NCBI GenBank assembly: GCA_013265495.1
Contig: MU058636.1
Location: forward strand, 124,001-188,000
Length of the DNA stretch: 64,000 nt
DNA from: Vicugna vicugna
Lineage: Eukaryota
Reading direction: 5' to 3'
The notes under the pieces were generated by a model that saw only the letters and a list, made by a program, of their open reading frames with translations, was not told the DNA's origin and made no database searches. Position numbers and translations under genes: made by a program. Within the stretch, counting starts at the first letter, position 1. Every line of letters begins with the position of its first letter. Of this stretch, positions 1 to 12,900 are shown one piece after another.

Positions 1-192
1 GGCCACACGTGAAAACCCCACAGGTCACACCAGAAGGTTGAACTCTTTTCCTTGCTACAGTCAAGAACAATGCACAGCTGCCCGTTCTCACGTCTATTCA
101 AAACAGTACTGGAAGTGCTGGCCAGAGCCATTAGGCAAGAAAAAGAAATAAAAGGTATCCAAACTGCAAAAGAAGAAGTAAAATTGTCTCTG
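1..192 (+). mobile_element. Old L1 ORF2 (RT region) fragment
   Basis: Translates [29 protein letters not shown], homologous to the ORF2 in this window. Confidence 0.88.
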
Positions 193-609
193 CATTTATT
201 TTTTTACAAGACAGCAAGCACAATAATACATACTTTTTGAGATAATCATTCTAAATTACAGGCTGCCTCTTCTCTAGATATAGGTTCCTAAAAGCTTAGT
301 TATATATATTTTTAAAATACACTTTATTTAACTAATCAAGATATGCTAATGCCAACTGGACTAATGCACAGAAGAGCCAACAAAACAGCTAAACCCCAGG
401 TAATGAAAATGGATCAATGTCACTGACAATCTGCAAATGCTCTGTATAGTTCTACAGATGGCCACAGGCATTTCATCCAACTTAGACAGCCAGCCTGAAA
501 CTGTCCAGAATTCTGAAACTGACCTTCTGCACAAGACAAAAAAGTCAAAAAGGGCTGGTTACGTTATACGTACAAGAAAGGCCCAACTTCGGATCACTGC
601 CACCACCGA

Positions 610-1426
610 ACATGGGTAAGGATGTGGAGCTGCAGGGTCTCACCCGTTGCTGGTGGGAATGCACATGGTGCAGCCACTCTGGAAGACAGATCGGTTTCTT
701 ACCAAACTGAACATACTCTTACCATGGAAGCCAGCAATCGTGCTCCTTGGTATTTACCGAAAAGATCTGAAAACCATCTCCACAAAAACCTGCACACAGA
801 TGTTTATAGCAACTTTATTCATAACTGCCAACCCTGCCAACCTGGAGGCAACCCAAATGCGCTACAATAGGTGAGGGGATAAATAAACTGAGGTACATCC
901 AGACAATGGAATATTACTCAGCGCTAAAACGAAAGAGCTATCAAGCCACGAGAAAATATGGAAGACCTCTAAATGTATATTACTAAGTGAAAGGCGGCAA
1001 TCTGAAAGGTGACACATGCCGTGACTCCTGCTACATGACACTCTGCAAGTGGGAGACCTCTGCAGACAGTGAAAAGATCAGCGGTTGCCAAGGGTTGGGG
1101 GAAGGGAAAGACTAACAGGCGGAGCTCAGAGGATTTTTAGGGCAGTGAAAACACTGTATGATGCTGTAAAGGCCACGTACTTTTGTCCAAGCCCACAGAA
1201 TGTACACCACCAAGCGTGAGCCCTAAGGTAAATGATGGACTTGGGTGACTGACCTGTCACTGGAAGTTCATCAGCTGTAACGAATGTACCGTCTGGTGGG
1301 GGACGCTGAGTGGGGAGGGCTGTGCGTGTGTGGGGCAGGGGGTACACAGGACATCTCTGGACCTTCCCTCCAACTTTGCTATGAACCTACAACTGCTCTA
1401 AAAAGAATAGTCTTAAAAAAAAAAAG
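610..1426 (+). mobile_element. Old L1 (L1MC-like) ORF2 end and 3'UTR with A-tail
   Basis: VQPLWK...TCTQMFIATLF remnants; L1M-type 3'UTR; A-run at ~1415-1425. Confidence 0.8.
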
Positions 1427-3712
1427 AGGTTAACCTGACATTATCCCACACCTGCCCCCTACCAATTAAATATTTTTAAAAAAGGCCTTCCCACTCCCTT
1501 TATTTAGACAAGATTCCCTGAGCTACTTCGAGCCTAATGAACCTGCTCAAAATACCCCAAATAAAGTTACTCTTCTCTGCCAGTCATCCTCCCCGGTTCA
1601 CACTCAGCTCTGCCCCTGGAGGGTCGGTTCACCGTAGATGGGCCCACCCACTGGACACCGCCCTCCACCAACAAGCCGGTAAGGGCTCAGTGAAATGCTG
1701 ACTAAGGCCAGGAAGCGACAGGATCAAAAGGAAAACGTGACGACACCAATGCATCTGCTGAACCCGAGCCCACGACGCCCCCGTGAACACTTTTGTACAG
1801 AAAAACTGCTATTCATGAGCACCCTTTTGCAAACCGAGCTGCTCAAACCTCAGGGTGTGATGACAGGGGTGCGCAGCTCCACGCGCTCACAGGAGGGAAA
1901 GCCCCACCACAACCGGATCCCGTTTGTTTTTTAAAAAACAAATTCAAAGTAAAACACAGACATGTAATGGCCTTTTAAATAATATATGTAATAATGTATA
2001 TGCCACACACCCCGACACACGGACATAAACCCAGCCTCATAAGGCACACACAGAGTCTGCTTTTTGCCAACTATATACCCCGCAGGTCACTTGGCATGTT
2101 AACTGGTTTCCCAGTCCATGTGTGAGCACATAAACACATGTATCCAGGCCTCAAGTTGAAGATTAAGATAATAAACCCAAGAGTTGAATATAAGACGTCT
2201 GCCACAGAAGATTCTAGAATCACAATCAGTAACTGGAAACAAGTAACAAGGCACAACAGCTTCCCTCTGTGCTCACGAAGGTCAAGTTTCCCGTCCCAGT
2301 GCCTAAATGTGGAAATAGACTTGGCTGAATCACAAACTATGTTTTATAGTGCATTTCTGTTACTGTTTAAAAAGAAGTATTTTTCTTATTACATAATGCA
2401 TTACAGAAAAGCACTGGAAAAATAAATACCATTAGATAAGCTCATACAATAAAGTTTTTTTTTCTATTTGTAAAAGATATCTGTTTCTGCTCAAAACTAG
2501 TCTAACAGATACAGGCGTAACAAAAAGCATAAGGGACCCTTTGCAGAGTTCCTGGTGTCCTTGAACTGTATATCTCGTGCCACCCATGTTAAATGGTCCA
2601 TTTAAAGCCAGCTGGGTGATACTGTCAATGGAAAGTGACTTTTTTATCTTTTTTTTTTTTTTTGGTAATTTAATAACACATACTAGTACAGAGAATAAAG
2701 AGTTAACACAACACGGCAAAATGAAACTCTCCCTGGCACTTAAATTTCTGTTACATGTTAACTTTGTATTAGGCTATCCTTAAATTTTCTTTCTTCTTCT
2801 TTGTTAACAGAAAAGAAAAAAATGTTCCAGAGAAAACTTCATGCAATCAAGCAAAATCTAAACTCTCTAGATTCTTTTTCTTAACCCCAAAATTCTTGGG
2901 TAAACAAAGTTTATTCTAGGAAGAGCAACTCAATGAGACATGAAACCATTTTAAAATATACATATATGTACTATTCATTGTTTGTAAGAACAGTTCAGAG
3001 CTTTAGCTTTTTAAACTTACACAGTTATCAAAGGAATAAAGCCGACCACAAAATAAGGCCCAGCAGTTCAGCAGTCCTACAACCATCTGCGCACGCGCGC
3101 CGGGCGGGCAGCTCCTGCAGGGCTGAGCAGGTCTTCACAGGCAACACAAGGCTGACCCAAGGCAACACAAGGCAAACCGCCTTGCTCTAGGCAACGGAAC
3201 TTAAGAGCAATGTAATGAATAAACTGCGAGTTTAAGGCTTTCTTAGAAATATTTTTCATGGCACTTCAACTTTGAACATCACTAACAGGCAAAATATGTA
3301 AATAGCCATAGTTACAGTCACAGAACGGAAAGTACATGCCGTGGCAGCTATTAAATAAGGGACCACATTGCCAGTTTTGTTTTTGGCAATCAAATTATCC
3401 TTAAGGAAGGCTATTCGTGTTTGGCTGTGGTTACCATGTAAATCACAGACATGTCAATTCACCAGTACAGTATGGACCGTGTGTGGAGTAAATGGGCCGA
3501 TACCACTCGTTTCTTCAAGAACTGTTAGTCATTCACATCTTGCTAGAAACGCAGCTAAACTGCCTGACTTCTCTCACCAGAGCAGGTACCGGCCTCTCTC
3601 CAGCTGCTAACCCACCGGGACACTCTGAGAGCACTTTCGGTCCCACACACGGACCAGCCGCACGGTGACCCGCTTCCTGCACGGCAGCCAGTGCAGGCAG
3701 CACCGCCCGCGC

Positions 3713-3973
3713 CTAACAGGTCATCCTCGCCACGCCGTACTCCAGGCTGACCACGGCGGGGTCCGGCTTGGAAAACTCCTCGGCGTATTCGCTGTACCGA
3801 TTATCCGCTGGGTTGCTGCTGTCTATAGTTCGAAGAGCATCATTCCCGGGGAGCAGCGTCTGCTCCTTAAAACACAAGGAAGTTTTGAGCATAGGTGATT
3901 CAGGACGAACTGAATTTAACAATTCCTTGGTGAGAACTCCATCTGCTTGCTTATTTTTACGTTTCTTAATTTG
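3713..3973 (-). CDS. MTMR6: MTMR6 exon 14 coding part (QIKKRKNKQ...EYGVARMTC*)
   Basis: ttccag|CAA; stop TAG at 3713-3715; 261 nt. Confidence 0.95.
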   Translation of the reverse strand, partial: QIKKRKNKQADGVLTKELLNSVRPESPMLKTSLCFKEQTLLPGNDALRTIDSSNPADNRYSEYAEEFSKPDPAVVSLEYGVARMTC

Positions 3974-6900
3974 CTGGAACAAATCCAAATTTGAAAGAGA
4001 TTACTAGCTGCACATACGACATTTCAATATAGCTAGCTGAAAGCAGAAAAAAGTGCTTTTGCACATTTTCTCGTTATGTATGATATACAATTAAATCTCA
4101 AAAAATTAAAATCTAGTGAGGGTGAGTAACATGATTGAGAACGCTAACTGTTGACAACCTTTGCAACGGAAAATGGTTATCACACTTGACTGCAGAAGAA
4201 CGCCAGGTCTTCACGTTTGCAAAGCACGTACATTTCCTAGAAGGTCTAAAAGGTAGGCCTTTTATCATGAAAGAAATACGTGTGAGACAGTCACTCTGAA
4301 ATCACAGCTGTGCAACGGAACAAACACACTCATGTATCAGCTAAAGGTGTTGGGGCCTGAAGAGCTGTCTCACGTGGGCTCCTACAAGGGCTGGTTAGTG
4401 AGCGCAGCAGGCTTCAGGACACAGTAGAACTTTTCCTATTTTAACAGAAGATTCAAAAAGTATTCTTTGGCAGAGTTCCACACTCCCCAAATAGTTGGCC
4501 TGATCTCCAGACATCTTCCCGCACCACCAGTATCCTGGGCTTGTCCCTTCTCCCGTCCAATCAAGCGGCCAGCGCCCCACCCCAGACGGCCAGGGGCGGT
4601 CTTGCTGAGTGACGACAGCCGCCTGGGGTTTCTGAAGCACGACTGACTGACCCTCTTGCGGCGTCTCCAAAGGCAAAGGAAAGAAGGTCCTAGGGTGGAG
4701 GGGATTGCTTTCCTTTGAGGGGGGAGGGATTGCTTAAACAAGAGACACAGAAGGGCAAAAACCATAAAGATCGGTCTATCTGTCTACATTAAAATTCACA
4801 GTATCTACACAAAACATACCGTAAATAAAATGGAAAAGCTAAGAAAAGACTGGACAAGGCCACTGGTGATACATATAACTAAGTAAGACTTGGTGTCTGG
4901 TATACAAAGAAGTCTTACAAATCAGTAAGGAAAAGGCAAATATGCCAACAGAAAAATGAGCACTGGTCTGAACAGACCAATCACAGAAAGGGAAAAAGCA
5001 AACGGCCAACAAACAGGGAAAGTCACTCAACGTCACCCGTTATCTGGAAATCCAACACTGCAAATAACTGAGTCGTGGAGCAGAGCTGACCTGCCAGACT
5101 GCGACACAGTCACACGAGAGAATGTTGCACAGCAGTTGCTCATGAACAGATGAATTAAAGCTACAAGCTTAAACTGATCAACACGGATACACTTCAAAAC
5201 AACTTTGAGCAAAGTGAAGCAAGAGAGCGTGGGAGCCTTCACATAGTTTAAAAAAGCTCGTGGCTTCTAAAGCTGAGTGAGGGCTTCCAGGGCACTCGTG
5301 TTGCCTGCTGCCCTTTATACCTCGTACACAGACTATTTTCTTTCGTATTTTTCAGTATTTAATAAAAACAGTATTTTAAATCATATAAAACAGTATTATA
5401 AATTGTTTGTGGATTGAACATATACTGGGTGTGTAAAAAAATGTGCAGGAATGACTAACAAATTCCACACTGAAGGTGGGGGAGACTCAGGAGCACACAG
5501 GGTCTTCAGACAAAAACATGGAAGAGCTGAATCAAATGTGATAAACGTTAAAATCTCGCAAAGCTAGGTGGTGGATGCCCTAATATGTATTAGGTTTATA
5601 TCTATTTTTCTAGCTACTTCAAATAATTCAATATATTTTAAAATTCAGGGGAAATTATTTAAACTCACCTACTCAGAGTAGAGATCTGGTTTTGAAGCAG
5701 TGTGTATGTGGGAGGTTTCTGAATACGCTAATTCACACTGAGCACAAGTAAGGAAACAAACTAATTTAACATCCCGTTAGGTACTTACAGATTCTAAGTC
5801 CTTAATGTCGTTCTCCAACTGTTTATTTTGCTCATTCATATTCACAACTATATTAAATACAGACTGCCTAGGATGCAAAGTTCGATCAAACTGGTGGTAC
5901 ATGTTTCTCCAAAACCTTTATGACAAAAAAAAAAAAGGCATTTCAATAAAGTGGGTTTTAAAAACTTAGGCATAGACACTCCAGTCACGCTAACTTACTT
6001 GAAATTGAAAGACACTGTATTTGGTTCCAAAACTGCAAATTCCTGAGCCTGGGGCCGGTAGAGAGGATTTAAGTACTTCTCTCGATCTTCCAACAGAAAC
6101 GGCCACAGCGAGTACGTCTTCTCCTTCAGCCTGCGGGGGAGAGCAGCTGAGGGCTCGCCCGCGGACGCGCGGGGGAAGCGCGCGGCCCGCCTGCCCACCT
6201 CGCCCCCTTGGGCCCGTCTGGGCCCCGGGGACGAACGCGAGTGTGAGTGCGCACACACAAGGGCGTTAGGAAAAGTCGGGACGCCATTCAGGCGCGAAAC
6301 AACTCGTTACACACGGCGGCTCCAAGAGGCAGGGGCAGCAGGTGGGCAGAGGGAGGACCGGCTTTACACGGTGTGTGTACCAAGTGAACCCAAGACAGGC
6401 GGGGGTTGGGGCAAGGTGGAGACCCCGCTCTTTCTTCCACGACCCCCAGACGGCCAGCAGGTGAGTTCTGAGAGAAGGACGGCCGGGCAGCGGCCGTGTC
6501 AGCGCCGTCCCGCCGACGGGGACCACCGGCACTGGCCGGGAGGAACAGCTCCTCCTAAAGCAGCCCTGCCGCCCCAGGCCACCACCAGCCACGACTTGGT
6601 GACGCAGGGAGCCCCCACGGCCCGTGGCCATCGCTGGCTCCCCGGGCATCCCCGCTCCACACCCTCACGCCCCTCCGCACGCGGCCAGCCCCGCCGTCCA
6701 GGCCGCGGGGGAGCCAGCACGTGCTGCCTTCAGACCACCACGGACTCGGCGCCTCCACCTCGGCCGCGGCCGGTCGGCAGCCTGCGACTGCTCCCTCCTG
6801 ACGCTCGGACATCTACGCCCAGGACCTCCACGGACGTGTGTCCACAGGGGCCTCTCACGCCAGGGCTCGCCGGCATCCAGCCTGAACCAGAAAGCCCTCC

Positions 6901-9900
6901 CCTTCCGTAGGCTGCCGAGGGAGGGGCAGGCGCGAGACCCGACGCGGGGAAGGCGCTGGGCCGACAACAGCTGCATTCACTTTCCTCAAAGAACCATCCA
7001 CTTAGAAACGTGAGAGGAGCTGCAAGGCTTTCCCTTACCTCAAAACCAAGTTTTTATACCTTTTACTGCACTTTAGAATTTAGACCAGTATTTTCCAGGA
7101 AATGAAATAATGTAGGGGTTTTTCTGTTCTAAATACACATTCAGATTGGAAAGGAACACGAGGGGGCTTCCCGGATGCTGCTCGCTTCTGGCTCTGATGC
7201 TGCTTAAGCAGGTGGGCAAGTTTAGGATGCACTGAGTCTCACGCTTACATGCACTTTTCTCCACGTACGCTGCACTTCAAAACACAGCTTAGCCATTACC
7301 CCGAGAGTGTGGGGGTATTCAGAGGGCATTCAGCTTCAGAAATACAGACAATAAAATCTTTACAACCAAACTCAGTTCCACATCCTGTCAAGATATTCTA
7401 AGTTCAACTATGATTTACGTCAGACCTCAGCTAAAGAGAAAAGAAGAAAGTCCATTTTAATCAACTGTCTTACTTGAGTTCTTCTCTTTCCTTCTGACAG
7501 TTTCCAATAAAGTTTCCAAATTGGCATGAATGAATATGTTCGTGGATCTGAAGAAGAAACGCTTCATTGAATTCGAAGGCTTGTGGAAACTGTTCGGTCA
7601 GATGCCACACGCATTCCAAGAACTGAGTGAACACCGGGGAGACTTCTTTGGGGTCCCCGTCCAGATGGCCACACCTAGCCCCAGAGAGTACAAGCTTTTG
7701 AAAATGTGCCTGAAAATAGTCAACTGTTCCGGTACTGTTAAATTTAAATACCCCCACCAAGAAAACTCCTGAAACATTGTTACTGGCGTAAAAAAACTCT
7801 TATGCTTTTACTGAAACAATTTATACCTGTGAGTTTTTCAACCACAATTTTAAAGGGTCTGTTACTTTCTAACTCCTACAGTCCAGACAAAAAGGAAGGT
7901 AATAAATTGCCATGAAAATTAACAAAAGTATGAGACTTGAAAGAAACGACAGAAAAATTTAATCAGTCTTCATACACAAAACCAAAGCATGCTCGCCTCC
8001 CATCATCAGACAAGACGGCTCTTAAAGAACAGAACTATTCTGGCACTCTGAACAAGTTTTACAAATACCTAAATGTGTAACTGTGACTCACCTCTCTGAA
8101 AACTTATGTCCAAAGGAGATCCAATCCTTTTCTATTAAAACCTATTATAGGAAAAAGTAAAATCCATTTTATAACCACTTTCAATTTTTTGTCTGTTTAG
8201 AATGGATTAAATTCTATTATCTTAAAAACAGCATTTACTTTTAACTTTTGGCTGCAAACAAAACAAAGCAAAAAATTTTAAATTAGAGGCATAAGACAGC
8301 AAGAACCTGGATTAGACGTTGGTCTAACTAAGAGTGAAAATAATAAATAAGAAGACATACAGCAGCCTTGTGACTTTGTTTCAGTTGTATTTATCACATT
8401 TTAAGTGATAAATGTATGTTATGAAACACTACTACATTAATATTTTCGTACATGTGATGATATATGCACAGAAAAAAGGTGAGGAAAATGTAAACCAAAC
8501 TGCTACCGGTGGTTCACCGTGGGTGGTAGACTGGGGTGGGTGTTTAAAACTTTTGGTTCACTTGAACGTTACTTATGTAACACTTCAAAAAAAAATAAGA
8601 ATGATAAACTAATGAAAAATCTGTATTCAAATTCAAATGATATCTAACCTCTTATATGTGTTGTCTTTATCTGTTTTCTGTTTCAACTCTACTAAAATAA
8701 TAGTAGGCTTCTAGTTATCTTCAGTCTAATCTACACAGCCTCCTTAGTATTTAGTATACTTTGTAATTTCATTAAATAATCACCAAGTACATTCTTTTCA
8801 GTGTCAAAATTGCCACGGTTAGCTCTTCTGGCTTTGTCTTAGTCCTCCCCAGAAGGCCATGCAATGTAGTGGGTAATGGTGCAGTTTCTGGAGTCACACT
8901 GCCTGGGCTCCACCACATCCATACCGGTGTGACCTTAGGCACAAAGCCACCCCCGTTTGAGCCCACCATCTGGCCAGACGACCTTACCATGAATCCTCTG
9001 ACTGTCCTGTAGTAGGGATCCAGCAGGAGGGAGCCCAGGGAGCAAACCTGGGAGGTCCTGTCCCAGCCATCAGAGCAATGGACCAACACACTGGCGCTCT
9101 CGGTCGTTACCGCCTGAGAAGAAAGACCACGCACTCAGATTGCAGCAGAACACACTTGAGGCAAGTCAGCACGTCGTGCCTACTCAAAAAACGTACCAGC
9201 AGGGACCGTATTACAAAGACGAGCTAGGACTGCAATAACATCGTCACAGGGGCAGGGGTATAGCTCAGCGGTGAGGTCCTGGTTCAATCCCTAGTCCCTC
9301 CATTAAGAAAAATAAGTAAATAAACAAATGTAATTACTTTCCCGCCAAAAGAAGAGAGTAAAAGAAAAAATAAACACCTTAAAAAAAATCACAGAATAAT
9401 TTCCCAAAACCAAGACAAAACATAATAAAAACGCCAAGTAAGTCAACAAAAGACAGAGACAAAAATGCTGTTTCAAAGTGTTGGGGACATTCTTCTAAAG
9501 TCCCTCCCTCAAGGGGACACGGCAGTACCCAAGCTCTTTAAAATTAATGCGAGCCTCACTGAGGAGGTGAAGCCCCGCTGGAGGCACTGACGGGGAAGGG
9601 CGGCAGCACCAGCCATGACACCCCTCACCTGGCGGGGCGGCAGGGACGCACCTTGGCTAAGACGACTGCGGCGCCCAGGACGGCCTGGACGTGGCGGAGC
9701 CACCCCGAGCTCTGCAGGCCGGAGTAGAGGTCGCCGACAGACAGCCCTCTGGTGCCGCTGACTGCAAGGGGAGAAAACGCTTGTCAGACGGAGCCAGTCC
9801 CCACTACCCCTGCCCGGGAGGCCCCAGGGGAGTGAGTCTGGGGAGGAGAGGACATCAGCACGCAAGACGCTTTATAGACATGAACGTGCCCTTACGCTCA

Positions 9901-12900
9901 GTAACGGACTTTTCGGTACATTTTTCTATCATTCCTTGTGCTTAAAAAAATGCTCCAATCCCCTTTTTATAAAATTTTGCATCTTATGTGTTTAATTAAA
10001 AACAGTCTAATATTTAAATTTTTAAAATTCCAAACCATGACTGGAAAGATAGGTTAGTATTTAAATGGCACATTATCATAAATTAATCTTCCCTGTACTG
10101 ACTAATCAAGAATGTCGAACAAAAGCAATTTTTTGTAAAACCATTAGAATTGTCCTGTCCAATATGGCAGCCACCACTCAAACATGGCTACTGCACACTT
10201 GAAACGTGGGTAGTCCGAACTGAGATGTGCTGTAAGGGTGAAACACACACGAGCCAATTTCTTAGGCTTAAAGGAAAAAGTAAACTATACCATGATTAAT
10301 TTTTTATATTGATTACATGTTAGCATGATGTTTTCAATATGTTAGGTTAAGTCTATTATTAAAATTCATTTCAATTGTTCTCTTTACTCTTGCCAATGTG
10401 ACTACTAGAAAAACTTCAATTATACAATCACAAATCTTACGTTCTGCCTTCAGCATCCCGTTTCTGCTGAACAAAGGTGCCTGCAAGGCAAGCAGCAATC
10501 ATACCTTCCAACAGTCTCTGAAGGCTGGACCGCATGACGTGAATGTTTTCAATCCCAACAAACTGAAACCTAATATTAGAGTAGTTGTCTTCATTTTCAT
10601 AACCTTTTCCAGCTGCTCTGTTGGCCATGGCATTCAGCTAAAATTTTAAATTTTAGAAATTTAGAGACAAATTGCTTTCATCTTTTAACTTACTTTACCA
10701 AAATATCATGAAAACACGAAATAAAGCACATTATAGCTAGTGGAGTTTAAAGGAATGCCTCCAAACTGAATATGCCACCATTTTTAATAGGCGGCTACTG
10801 TGAAGTCACAGGGTTGCTACACAATGGAAGGGCCAGACAAGCTCCCCACAAATAGCTCACTGATGTTTGCAGCCAGTTTCCCGTATGTTTATAGTATTTC
10901 AAAATTAAAAAAAAAAGGAAGAAGTATCTCCTATCCACATCCTAAATGACTCAGAGACAAGCAGAGCTGGGGAGTGTTTGTAACAGAATGAATCTACGAG
11001 GTTCACTTCAGAACAAGCGTGGAGCACGTGCTCACTCAGAAGCCCCCAGAGGCCCCGAAAACCAGATCTGAGGCACCCGTCAGGCTGCGTGAGGAGGCCC
11101 ACGCAGCGTGCGGCAACGCACTGGCCTGAGACACCTCCAGGAATTAGGCCCCAAAAATCTGATTTCTAGGGAGAAAGGACTGCCCATAGGCCCGTGGGCT
11201 TTGGTTATTAGATCAAATGCTGTCAGAGGTTCTCTCAGGATTTGGCACGTTTAATTCTTTCCGACTACGATTTCACACGGTTCGTTATAACTTGCTAAGT
11301 ATTCTTATGAACTTGGATGAAGCAGAACCTAAACTGCAAGAAAAGCTTGTCTTTCTCCTGCAGTAGACTGGGGCCCAGGACGGCAAGAAGTACAGTTAAG
11401 TTGTATCTGCTGACTCACTGGTTATTCACCACCTACGATGACTAAGGCAAGAGTTAGCTGTTAAGAATTACCACTACTTGAGTTTAAGTTTAACTAGGAA
11501 AACAATGCAATCAAAGATATTTTCTGTGTAGAAGTCAATTACAGAAGTAAGAGCTATTAGGTCCCAAGAAACAAATCGCCCTCAGACCACAGGTTCAGAG
11601 ATTCTTAAATTACAATAATCTGTCATATCTAACATTACCTAAAAATAGTTCTAACCAATTAACCCACCCAGATTATACAAGGAAGGAACCTAAAACTTTT
11701 CTTACAAGAGATAGCACCAACACTCATGACTTCTAAGAAAGTCTTTTTGTGTAAATAAAATGTTATCGAATTATCAATGTCCAATTTTTAGTATGTCTTA
11801 ATTTACTCAGATTACTCTTATCTTCTGTTTTCTCCACTGTCCCTTGTGAGACTGTGTAATGGTGAGAATTACTTCTCAAACAGCTACCATTCCTTTCAAC
11901 AAGGCTGCCCAAGTTGCGCTCTAGACTGCTCACTTGCTTTTTCTCATCGCTTTCTCTTATTTTCTCATTCATTCCAGATTCTTGAAGAAATCCTCACTAT
12001 AATTCTGCCAATGTCCTTTTGTGTAGCCCACCAGCTCTGCGTGCGATGCTATAATAAAAATTAAAAGTAACGTCAGCTGTTACCACTGAGGGCTTTCACT
12101 GCGTTAGCTGTAGGATCCTACGTGAACTGGCTGTTTAACTGTGCTTATGAAAGGGAAGGGGATTCTGACATTGGTCCCAATGACAAAAATTTATCCTGAC
12201 ATCACAGAGTCCTAACAGAACAACTACGTCCTGTGCACTGTTTATAATTCTCTAGCTCAATGATTCCTAAGTTAACTACCTATTTTCCTTACTTTCTTGA
12301 ATATTCCAAATTAAGATCTATTATTTTAACACAAAGCATTTTGCCAATTAAGAATTCTACCAAAAAAGTAATACAATTAAGTATTTCTTCACAATAACAA
12401 AAGACATATACCGGCAAGCGTTCCCAATATAAAATTCAGCTCTCCTAAATTTATATGTACATATACACACATACACACACATATACCCACATATATACAT
12501 ATACATACACACATATCCACACATATACATATCCACACACATATACATACATAGACATATATACGTATACACACATTTACATATACATATACACATAAAT
12601 ATATGTACATATACACACACATATTATATACATATTATATATATATACACATATATACACACACATATACATACATACATATATACGTGTGTGTGTGTGA
12701 AGACATAAATCGTCATCTGGCTGACTGGGAAATGGGTCACCTAAGTTAGTATGCTTTAAAAGATTGATTTCTTTGGTACCATTAGCCTCAGTTAATTTAA
12801 AACTAGGACTGAAATACATTAAATACAGACAAACTGATCAACTTCCATTACTGAATCAGCAAGGACAACTGCCCGGCCAGACTGTGCTGGGCTCAGACAC

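Noticed and set aside
195..2915. Candidate MTMR6 poly(A) signals (minus-strand AATAAA near 2910-2915, 1499-1504, 323-328)
   Set aside because: Several candidates and no way to choose from sequence alone
6266..7013. Several 100-180 aa ORFs in the intragenic CpG island
   Set aside because: No recognisable domain; explained by GC content
9250..9302. tRNA-like A and B boxes
   Set aside because: SINE head with a deleted centre and A-tail; no cloverleaf, so not a tRNA gene
12357..12819. Cys/Val/Tyr/Met-rich ORFs
   Set aside because: Translations of a microsatellite
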